This document shows positions 56,835 to 64,000 of a DNA stretch of 64,000 bases, in pieces. The notes under the pieces were generated by a model that saw only the letters and a list, made by a program, of their open reading frames with translations, had not been told where the DNA came from and did no database searches. Source of the DNA: Fibrobacter sp. (lineage in GTDB: Bacteria > Fibrobacterota > Chitinivibrionia > Chitinivibrionales > Chitinispirillaceae); assembly GCA_012513915.1 (NCBI GenBank), contig JAAZBG010000128.1:9640-73639 (forward strand). Direction: 5' to 3'. Numbering within the stretch: the first letter of the stretch is position 1; the number at the start of each line of letters is the position of its first letter. A program made the position numbers and the translations under genes.

Positions 56835-57902
56835 ATGAATATTCTAAGCAAAATTAATCCTCAACGATCGACAGTGGGTCTGGATATTGGAAACCACTCC
56901 CTGAAACTCGTTAAATTGATTCATCAGAAAAATGGTTACTTTCTTGAAGCAACGGGGATAAAAGAACTTCCTCCGGGTACGATTGAAGGAACAGATATAA
57001 AAAAGAGGGATGTGCTTATTGATTCCATTAGTAAACTTGTCAATCAGTGTGATCCCGACATTACCGATGTCGTTATTGCAATGGCCGGGCACAGTATAAT
57101 CTCTGATAAAATAACGTTCAAGAATGAGACCGATGAGGCTGCCGAGGAGATGATACTCTGGGAGGCTGGGCAGCGAAGTCCTTTTGATGTTGATGATATT
57201 ACGCTTGATTATAAAATTCTTCATCGAAGAGTTGATGCCAACGAGATGGAAGTACTGCTCGTTGCTGCAAAAAACGATATCATGAAAAACTATATCGATC
57301 TGGTGTATGAGGCACATCTCAGACCGGTAATTGTGGATGTTGACGCGTTCGCAATTAATAACTGTTATGCCCTTGAAACTGCAGATATGCCACAGGATGG
57401 TGTCACGGCTCTGGTAAACATCGGACATGATCTCACCAACGTAACATTCATAAAAGATGGTATTTATCACTCGACAAGAGACATTTCAACTGCAGGTGAC
57501 TATTTTAATAAAATACTTCAACGGAATCTCGGATTAAGTCCCGAAGATGCTGCCATGTTAATTAAAGGAAAAAATACTACATCGTTTGACAATAGTAAAT
57601 TTCAGCAAAGCATCGAATTCGCCGCAGAAGAGATGTCTTCAGGAATTGATCTCGCATTTTCGTATTTCAAAAGTTCGACTAAAAGTGACATGATTGACAG
57701 AATAATATTGTCGGGTGGCGGGGCATATATTCCGAATATTATCGATTTTCTGGCGAAACGTCATCAGACAACTGTTCAGGTATCAAATCCACTTGCATTT
57801 CTGCAGTACGATCCTGGACTATTCGGTAATCTTGAACCAGAGAGTATTTCTGCTCTGCTGACTGTTGCTGTAGGACTCGCATTACGGAAAGTGGATGATT
57901 AA
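56835..57902 (+). CDS. pilM: Type IV pilus assembly protein PilM (actin-like ATPase fold)
   Basis: GLDIGNHSLKLV, VDVDAFA and ILSGGGA. The start is either ATG 56835 or GTG 56817. Confidence 0.85.
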   Translation: MNILSKINPQRSTVGLDIGNHSLKLVKLIHQKNGYFLEATGIKELPPGTIEGTDIKKRDVLIDSISKLVNQCDPDITDVVIAMAGHSIISDKITFKNETDEAAEEMILWEAGQRSPFDVDDITLDYKILHRRVDANEMEVLLVAAKNDIMKNYIDLVYEAHLRPVIVDVDAFAINNCYALETADMPQDGVTALVNIGHDLTNVTFIKDGIYHSTRDISTAGDYFNKILQRNLGLSPEDAAMLIKGKNTTSFDNSKFQQSIEFAAEEMSSGIDLAFSYFKSSTKSDMIDRIILSGGGAYIPNIIDFLAKRHQTTVQVSNPLAFLQYDPGLFGNLEPESISALLTVAVGLALRKVDD

Positions 57903-58565
57903 ATGATTGAACGCATAGAAATTAACCTGTTGCCGGCAGAATACCGGTTTCACAAAAAAAAGTTCAGGATTCATCGGGAGATGGTCTATCCGCTGCTTGG
58001 TGTGATACTTACAGGTGTAGTACTCGTATTCTGGACGTTGTTTCAGGAAAATTCGATCAGTTATAATAATGGTCAGATTAAATTTCTTTCACAGCAGATC
58101 GATCAGAACAGGCCTATACAAAACGAGATTAATAAACTGCGCTCTGAAAAAACGGCCATACAGGAAAAGATCAGAGCTCTGGAAAGAATCAGTGTCAACC
58201 GCGAGAAATGGGTCAAGCTCATGGAGGAACTGTCCGGAAGGTTGCCGCAGTATACCTGGCTGTTGTCAGTTAAAGAAGAGAATACGATTCCTCCTGTATT
58301 GTCAATAGAAGGCAGAACGTATTCTTTTCCGGAGGTTGCCAATTATATGTCAAACCTTAAGGATAGCAAGTATGTAAGCTCAGTCGGTCTTACCGATATT
58401 GAACGGTTGAATTCAAAAGATAATGTATACAGGTTCTCAATAACATGTGTATTGAATCAGGATGTAAATCTGGTTCCTGTTCACAATGAACCGGTTCAGG
58501 CTGCATCCGCAAAAAGCTCGAAAGCCGGTTCTGGTGGAAGCGCAGGAAAAAAGACAGGTAGATAA
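57903..58565 (+). CDS. pilN: Type IV pilus assembly protein PilN
   Basis: The INLLP motif (EINLLPAEYR), one TM helix and a coiled coil. The start abuts the pilM stop (TAAATG). Confidence 0.85.
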   Translation: MIERIEINLLPAEYRFHKKKFRIHREMVYPLLGVILTGVVLVFWTLFQENSISYNNGQIKFLSQQIDQNRPIQNEINKLRSEKTAIQEKIRALERISVNREKWVKLMEELSGRLPQYTWLLSVKEENTIPPVLSIEGRTYSFPEVANYMSNLKDSKYVSSVGLTDIERLNSKDNVYRFSITCVLNQDVNLVPVHNEPVQAASAKSSKAGSGGSAGKKTGR

Positions 58566-59158
58566 TGAAAAAGAAATTCGATTTAAAAGATCCGAAATAC
58601 AGAATTCCGATATTGTTAATTATCATCGGTATTGGAATGATTGCGACATGGTATTATTATGTTTATGCACCAAATCTTGAAAAAATCAACCAGCTTGAAC
58701 AGAAGGTGAAGGCAAAACAGGATACATTACGGACAATTCAGGCACTGAAACCTCAATTGAATATGCTTCGTGAAGAGCTGCAGCTTGCGGAGAATAAGCT
58801 TGATTCTTTAAAGTCAATATTCCCGGATCACAAGGAAATTCCGAGATTGATCAGAGAAATAACAAGTGTTGCACGGGCTACGGGTATAACAACAACAAAG
58901 TTTAATCCCATGCCGGATGTAGAGAAAGAATACTATGTTGAAAACCATTACAATATCGCTGTCAGCGGAGGCTATCATCAATTGGCCGAGTTCTTTGCCT
59001 TTCTTGCAAATTTTACACTGATAATTAATTTGTCAAGTATGCATATTACGACAAATCCTGAATACGATCCGGTTCCGGTAACGATGGGAGCTGTAGAAAA
59101 CGGTGGTGAAACAATCGTTTCACAATTTGAAATGACAACCTTTTCATCGAAAAAATGA
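58565..59158 (+). CDS. pilO: Type IV pilus assembly protein PilO
   Basis: A TM helix, a coiled coil and a ferredoxin-like C-terminus. It overlaps pilN by 1 nt (TAATG). Confidence 0.8.
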   Translation: MKKKFDLKDPKYRIPILLIIIGIGMIATWYYYVYAPNLEKINQLEQKVKAKQDTLRTIQALKPQLNMLREELQLAENKLDSLKSIFPDHKEIPRLIREITSVARATGITTTKFNPMPDVEKEYYVENHYNIAVSGGYHQLAEFFAFLANFTLIINLSSMHITTNPEYDPVPVTMGAVENGGETIVSQFEMTTFSSKK

Positions 59159-61074
59159 CTATGTATACCTATACGAAAAAACAAAACAGACTCAGAGTGA
59201 CCAGAAATGGATTGTTAATTCTGATGTGCGCATTGTTTGCTGCATCAGCATCCATACCTGTTATTTCTGATTTGAAATTGATTGGAAGTGACCGCGGGCT
59301 TGCACTTGCGATAACAGCTGATCTTCCATTTGATGCAAAGTTTGCAAAAACATCTCCGACAACGGTGAGAATTCAGATTGCCAACAGTGTTTATGGATTG
59401 AATACATTTTCATTTTCAAATTTCAGGGATGCTTTTCCAGTAAGTAAAGTAACAATAGCTGAACTGAAAAACAATACAATACAGATAGATTTGACAATAA
59501 GTGGAACTATTGACATCGCGATTGAAACACAAAAGAAAAATAATCAGTACATGGCCTTGCTAAGCAGAACAGCATGTCCGCAGTTCAGATGGAGTGCTGC
59601 AGAATCGGATAAAAAAGATGATGCCCTACAACAGCTTGAACCCATTGAGCCTTCGAAAGCAGCTGTGCCGGTAACAAAAACTGAACCGGTGATGTCACAA
59701 ACGCAGCAAAAGACTGTTACAGGAAATGTGTATGAAAAAGCTCCTGTTCTGACAAATGACCCAACCAATACATCGTCAGAGGCACGTCTTGTAAATATTA
59801 CAGTGATACAGAGAAATAATGTATGTGCGTTAAGCTTTGAACTTGACCGTGATGCACAGAGCACCGTGAAACGGGTAAAAGATACGATATACCTTGAAAT
59901 AGAAAAAACAAAAATTGCACTCAGAAGTAATAGCGTTGATGTTCCAAAAGGGATACCCTATAGTGCCATACGGGTAAAAGAAAAAACTGTAAATTCAAAG
60001 GCGATTCTTCAGGTTGCAATTGTTATGGACAGAAAGATCAGTGATCTTAAAAACGGGGTTATGCTTAAAAAAGAAAAAACGATTACGTTTATTTCAGGCA
60101 GCAGGACATCAGATAAGTTGACACAATGGAGTACTCAGCATGGTATCGTTCTTGAGCAGTCACTCTACAATCTGCCATCATACGGCGTTGATCTTAAAAC
60201 ACTTGAAAAACGCGCATTGACAGATGCGGGTGCAACGGTTGCTACAAAAGGTAATACATTTGCAATACAGGATACACCGGTTGCAGAGGAAAAACCGCTT
60301 ACATCTGCCACACCAGTGGCCAGTGAATCAGGAATTAATCTGACACAGTCTTATAAAGTACCATTGATTGTTATTAACGATAATGTAAATATCCGTGCTA
60401 ATGCATCCGGATCTGCCACAATTACTGGAAAACTTCGTATTGGGGAGAAGGTCGAACAGGTTGCCAGAAAAGGGCAATGGTATCAGGTCAGATCCGGTGC
60501 GGGCACTGGCTGGATTTATGACAGGAATGTCGTTGACAGTATGGAACTTACTGATGAACAGCAGCGGGCCATTGCCGCTGCACTTCAGAAAATCGAACGG
60601 GCACAAAATCCGGAGATTCCTGTTGTAAACGAAATACCAAAAGTTGTGGAAAATGCAGTTGCAACGGGAGTAAAAGCAACTCCTGCCGGACCGGTTGCGA
60701 CACTTGAAATAGCAGAGAAAAAACAGGACTCATCATTAGTTGATACTGTGAGAAATCATGTGCGGTATGTCCGCAGTGGGCGCGATCCGTTTTTACCGCT
60801 TATTGTGGATACAACTGATGACTCTCAGGGTGCAAATGTCGAGCATCTGCGGCTGGTTGGTATTTTAATTGACAATGCAGAGCAGATTGCGCTTCTGGAA
60901 GATCTTAAAAATGACAGGAAACCATTTGCACTGAGAGAAAATGACAGGGTAAACAGGGGAAAAGTATTAAAGATTTATAAAGACAAGGTAGTATTTCTTT
61001 TAACCGAGTTTGGAATCTCAAGGTCATACACAATACGCCTTGCAACAAATCAGGAGCAGGAGGCAGGTAGATGA
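59155..61074 (+). CDS. Large PilP-like pilus assembly protein with two AMIN-like modules and an SH3b domain
   Basis: The C-terminus (RDPFLPL...LRLVGIL.....IALLED.....F.L.EN..V..GKVL.I....VVF) fits PilP. The SH3b segment reads VNIRANASGSATITGKLRIGEKVEQV.RKGQWYQV..G.GTGWI. The N-terminal beta-sandwich modules are AMIN-like. There are 4-nt ATGA overlaps on both sides. Confidence 0.6.
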   Translation: MTMYTYTKKQNRLRVTRNGLLILMCALFAASASIPVISDLKLIGSDRGLALAITADLPFDAKFAKTSPTTVRIQIANSVYGLNTFSFSNFRDAFPVSKVTIAELKNNTIQIDLTISGTIDIAIETQKKNNQYMALLSRTACPQFRWSAAESDKKDDALQQLEPIEPSKAAVPVTKTEPVMSQTQQKTVTGNVYEKAPVLTNDPTNTSSEARLVNITVIQRNNVCALSFELDRDAQSTVKRVKDTIYLEIEKTKIALRSNSVDVPKGIPYSAIRVKEKTVNSKAILQVAIVMDRKISDLKNGVMLKKEKTITFISGSRTSDKLTQWSTQHGIVLEQSLYNLPSYGVDLKTLEKRALTDAGATVATKGNTFAIQDTPVAEEKPLTSATPVASESGINLTQSYKVPLIVINDNVNIRANASGSATITGKLRIGEKVEQVARKGQWYQVRSGAGTGWIYDRNVVDSMELTDEQQRAIAAALQKIERAQNPEIPVVNEIPKVVENAVATGVKATPAGPVATLEIAEKKQDSSLVDTVRNHVRYVRSGRDPFLPLIVDTTDDSQGANVEHLRLVGILIDNAEQIALLEDLKNDRKPFALRENDRVNRGKVLKIYKDKVVFLLTEFGISRSYTIRLATNQEQEAGR

Positions 61075-62369
61075 TGCCAGTAGCAGGATATAAGAAAATT
61101 TTCTGTACAGTGTGTTGCATATTGGCAATCCTCTGTATTTCCGTTGAAGCGCAGGATGCAAATTACACAGCGCGTAATGCAAAGGTAATCGAGTTTTTCG
61201 ATGTGTACAATGCAGACCTTCGATCTGTATTTAAGCAGCTCAGTGAGTATAGCGGTGTTGACATTGTCGCAGCTGATAATGTAAAAGGTACTGTATCCAT
61301 TTCTGTGACTAAAAAAACCTGGATCGAAATATTGACTATTGTATGCCGCATTGCGAATCTTACGTTGACAAACGAAGATAACTATGTTTATATCCTGACT
61401 GCTGATGACTATATGAAACGTCAGACTGCTCAGGCTGCATCGGAAGATATCGCTATCAATATGGCTCCTTTACGCAGGGAAATTATAAAGATCAATCATT
61501 CGCCGGTTGGTTCAATTAAAGAATCAGTAATGGGGCTTCTCTCAGCTAAAGGGAAACTAACAGTTGTGGAGCATAATAATTCAATAATTATAGTAGACAC
61601 TGATCAGGCGATTGAACAGATCAGGAAAATGATTTCCGCCTTTGATATCGAGACTGCGCAAATATCAATCTCCTGTAAAATCATTGAGGTCAGTTCCGGG
61701 GCAGCACAGAGGCTTGGTATCAGCTGGGGCTTTTTTAACAAAACTGCAGGTGTAAATGTTGAACATCTGGGACGCGGTGAAAATGTTGTTGCCGGTGCGC
61801 TGGAAAAAGTATCGTATGGTATTCTCAATTCAGATAATCTTACTGCAGCACTTGAATATTTATTCTCTGATGCAAAGGGTGAAGTTGTTGCGCAGCCGCA
61901 GATTACAACGCTTGATAATAAAGAAGCAAAAATTTTCATGGGTCAGAAAGTACCATTCAGTAATCTTGATGAGGCAGGAAATACGGTCGTTACCTACATT
62001 GATGCCGGTACTGAATTAACCGTAAAACCACACTTGAGCGGTGAGGGACGGATACTGCTTGAACTTGCTCCCAAGAAGGAATCGTATCAGATCGTTGAAG
62101 GAATTCCGGTTATCAATCGTCAGAGTGCTCAGACCAATGTTGTTGTAAGCAATGGCGAAACTGTCGTGATTGCAGGGTTGACATCAAATGAGAAAATTGA
62201 ATCTGAAGAGGGAATTCCATTTTTGAAAAGCATCCCGATCCTGGGCCATCTTTTCAAGCGTTCGAGAAAAAGTCTTGATAAAAAGGATCTGATCATTTTT
62301 GTTACACCACATATCATCCAGCGTGATGCGGTTGCGCAAGGCAACCCGACAGATTCTATTGCCAGGTAA
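61071..62369 (+). CDS. pilQ: Type IV pilus secretin PilQ (short form without AMIN domains)
   Basis: A signal peptide and an N0-like domain are followed by the secretin core (GIPFLKSIPILGHLFK, LIIFVTP). Confidence 0.85.
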   Translation: MMPVAGYKKIFCTVCCILAILCISVEAQDANYTARNAKVIEFFDVYNADLRSVFKQLSEYSGVDIVAADNVKGTVSISVTKKTWIEILTIVCRIANLTLTNEDNYVYILTADDYMKRQTAQAASEDIAINMAPLRREIIKINHSPVGSIKESVMGLLSAKGKLTVVEHNNSIIIVDTDQAIEQIRKMISAFDIETAQISISCKIIEVSSGAAQRLGISWGFFNKTAGVNVEHLGRGENVVAGALEKVSYGILNSDNLTAALEYLFSDAKGEVVAQPQITTLDNKEAKIFMGQKVPFSNLDEAGNTVVTYIDAGTELTVKPHLSGEGRILLELAPKKESYQIVEGIPVINRQSAQTNVVVSNGETVVIAGLTSNEKIESEEGIPFLKSIPILGHLFKRSRKSLDKKDLIIFVTPHIIQRDAVAQGNPTDSIAR

Positions 62370-62393
62370 TAATTGGATGTAAACAAAGTGGCA

Positions 62394-62427
62394 TAAAAAA
62401 ATCCTGTAGAAAACAGGATTTTTTTAA
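62394..62427 (+). terminator. Rho-independent terminator of the pil operon
   Basis: aaaaaaatcctgt-agaaa-acaggattttttt; the stem is 62401-62407 / 62413-62419 with a T-run at 62420-62426. Confidence 0.75.
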
Positions 62428-62434
62428 TACATTA

Positions 62435-62492
62435 TTGACACTGCTTCACATATATGGTACACTGATTGATATACAGGTAGCATATATAGTAG
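62435..62492 (+). promoter_or_regulatory. nrdD promoter candidate (TTGACA-N17-TACACT) overlapped by two AT-rich pseudo-palindromes 31 bp apart
   Basis: The -35 lies at 62435-62440 and the -10 at 62458-62463. The pseudo-palindromes are tcacatatatggtaca (62446-62461) and gtagcatatatagtag (62477-62492). The spacing resembles tandem NrdR boxes, but the sequences do not fit the consensus I remember. Confidence 0.35.
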
Positions 62493-62594
62493 TAAAATAC
62501 CGGCTAATACTGTAGTTCGTTTGGTCACTTTGAATTAATGAAACCGGGTTGCCCGTGCTGACCTCAGTATTTATCAACAGGAGAAAGTGTAGAA

Positions 62595-64000
62595 ATGATT
62601 TCAACGATCAGAAAGCGTGATGGAAAACTTGTACCGTATGATAACTACAAAATTGCCAATGCAATTTTCAAGGCGATAGAGGCAACCGGTGGTAATGATT
62701 TCGGACTGGCTCTCTCCCTTGCTAAAAATGTGGATGATGCCATTGGAAAAAAGTTCCATCCCAAATCAATTCCTGCCGTTGAAGAGCTACAGGATCTGGT
62801 CGAAAAGGTACTTATCGAATTCGGACACGCAACGGTCGCAAAATCATACATTCTCTATCGTGAACAGCATCGGCGCATCAGAAGTACAAAAGATCTTGTT
62901 GTTGACATTGAGTCAACAATGAATGGATATCTTGATAAAGCAGACTGGCGGGTTCTGGAAAACTCAAATGTCAATTATTCCCTTGGCGGACTGATACTTC
63001 ATAATAGCGGTACAATTACTGCAAATTACTGGCTGGAAAATATCTATGGTCATGATATCTCCACGGCGCATAGAAATGGTAATATTCATATACACGATTT
63101 ATCAATGTTTTCAGGGTATTGTGCAGGATGGTCATTGCGTCAATTGATCACTGACGGGCTCGGAAAAGTAAAAAACAAGATTTCATCAAAACCGCCAAAT
63201 CACCTGTCAACGCTTGTCCAGCAAATGGTCAGCTTTCTGGGTATTTTACAAAACGAATGGGCAGGCGCTCAGGCGTTTTCATCATTTGATACCTATCTTG
63301 CACCGTTTGTACGGGTTGACAATTTAAACTACAGTGAAGTGAAACAGCACATTCAGTCTTTTGTTTTCGGCGTTAATACGCCATCACGCTGGGGTTCGCA
63401 GGCTCCGTTTACAAATATTACCCTGGACTGGACCGTACCGGATGATCTGCGGAATCAACCTGCAATTGTCGGGGGAAAGCCGCTTGAAAAGACATATGGC
63501 GAATTTCAGACGGAAATGGATATGATAAACAAAGCTTTTCTTGAAGTGCTGCTTGAAGGCGACGCGGATGGGAGAGGGTTTTCATATCCGATTCCTACCT
63601 ATAACATTACCCGCAATTTTAACTGGGATAGCGACAATGCGCGCCTGTTATTTAAAATGACCGGTAAATACGGTACTCCCTATTTCCAGAATTTCATGAA
63701 CTCCAACCTGGATCCGTCTGATGTACGCTCGATGTGCTGTAGATTGCAGCTTGATAAGAGGGAACTACGTAACAGGGGTGGCGGTTTGTTCGGATCAGAT
63801 GAATTTACAGGGTCAATAGGGGTTGTAACAATTAACCTGCCGCGCATCGGATATCTGTCAACCTCGCGTGAAAATTATTTCCGCCAGATTGATCATTATA
63901 TGGACATCGCACGGGACTCACTCGAAATAAAACGGAAAGTTATTTCAAAACTGATGGATCAGGGGTTGTTTCCCTATACAAAAAGATATTTACGTCACTG
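62595..64000 (+). CDS. nrdD: Anaerobic ribonucleoside-triphosphate reductase, 3'-partial
   Basis: My own translation from ATG 62595 (SD aggaga upstream) gives MISTIRKRDGKLVPYDNYKI..AI (ATP-cone) ... NGNIHIHDLS...GYCAGWSL ... YPIPTYNIT ... RSMCCRLQLD. The frame is open to the window end. Confidence 0.95.
   Translation, partial: MISTIRKRDGKLVPYDNYKIANAIFKAIEATGGNDFGLALSLAKNVDDAIGKKFHPKSIPAVEELQDLVEKVLIEFGHATVAKSYILYREQHRRIRSTKDLVVDIESTMNGYLDKADWRVLENSNVNYSLGGLILHNSGTITANYWLENIYGHDISTAHRNGNIHIHDLSMFSGYCAGWSLRQLITDGLGKVKNKISSKPPNHLSTLVQQMVSFLGILQNEWAGAQAFSSFDTYLAPFVRVDNLNYSEVKQHIQSFVFGVNTPSRWGSQAPFTNITLDWTVPDDLRNQPAIVGGKPLEKTYGEFQTEMDMINKAFLEVLLEGDADGRGFSYPIPTYNITRNFNWDSDNARLLFKMTGKYGTPYFQNFMNSNLDPSDVRSMCCRLQLDKRELRNRGGGLFGSDEFTGSIGVVTINLPRIGYLSTSRENYFRQIDHYMDIARDSLEIKRKVISKLMDQGLFPYTKRYLRH

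Noticed and set aside
56844-57470. A 208-aa minus-strand ORF lies inside pilM. Similar long antisense ORFs occur inside tex (24821..25342), the sheath-like gene (49561..50091) and the first surface protein (865..1263).
   Set aside because: These are shadow ORFs opposite well-supported genes, with odd composition and no independent signals.

Overview
By eye this is a roughly 40-45% GC chromosomal segment from a Gram-negative, probably anaerobic bacterium, judged from nrdD, ispG, a type IV pilus pilMNO-(pilP-like)-pilQ operon and a T9SS/FlgD-Ig-like C-terminal domain. I count about 58 protein-coding genes. I recognise no rRNA, tRNA, CRISPR array, transposase or integrase.

Housekeeping genes dominate:
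- purN-rnhB, murG, htpX, tex, ispG, gpmI and nrdD (3'-partial).
- Tryptophan genes in two separate minus-strand clusters: trpE-trpG-trpC-trpF and trpB-trpA. trpD is not in the window.

Signalling genes:
- two GGDEF proteins and an HDOD protein;
- an ECF sigma factor with a FecR/PEGA/TPR anti-sigma candidate;
- a sensor histidine kinase and a membrane Ser/Thr kinase;
- a YafY/WYL regulator.

Also present are a ParE/Phd toxin-antitoxin pair and several glycosyltransferases.

Observations worth a second look:
1. 139-bp near-identical direct repeats, corresponding to the 3' end of the histidine-kinase gene, bracket a GC-rich two-gene insert with no recombinase.
2. A 543-aa protein looks like a fused TssB/TssC-type contractile sheath. 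It sits in an operon with a membrane Ser/Thr kinase and a PflX-type radical SAM enzyme, with no other T6SS or phage-tail genes nearby.
3. A dispersed family of GT(G/A)ACNN heptamer arrays lies in intergenic regions. A second CACAGAG-based tandem-repeat palindrome splits trpC from trpF.
4. A 167-bp rod-like hairpin with 19-bp perfect termini lies downstream of the anti-sigma gene.
5. trpG carries an in-frame TAA, while the other five trp genes in the window are intact.
6. An orphan unit of about 265 nt, bounded by a promoter and a terminator, looks like an sRNA candidate.

Functional calls come from motif recognition by eye. No database search was run.
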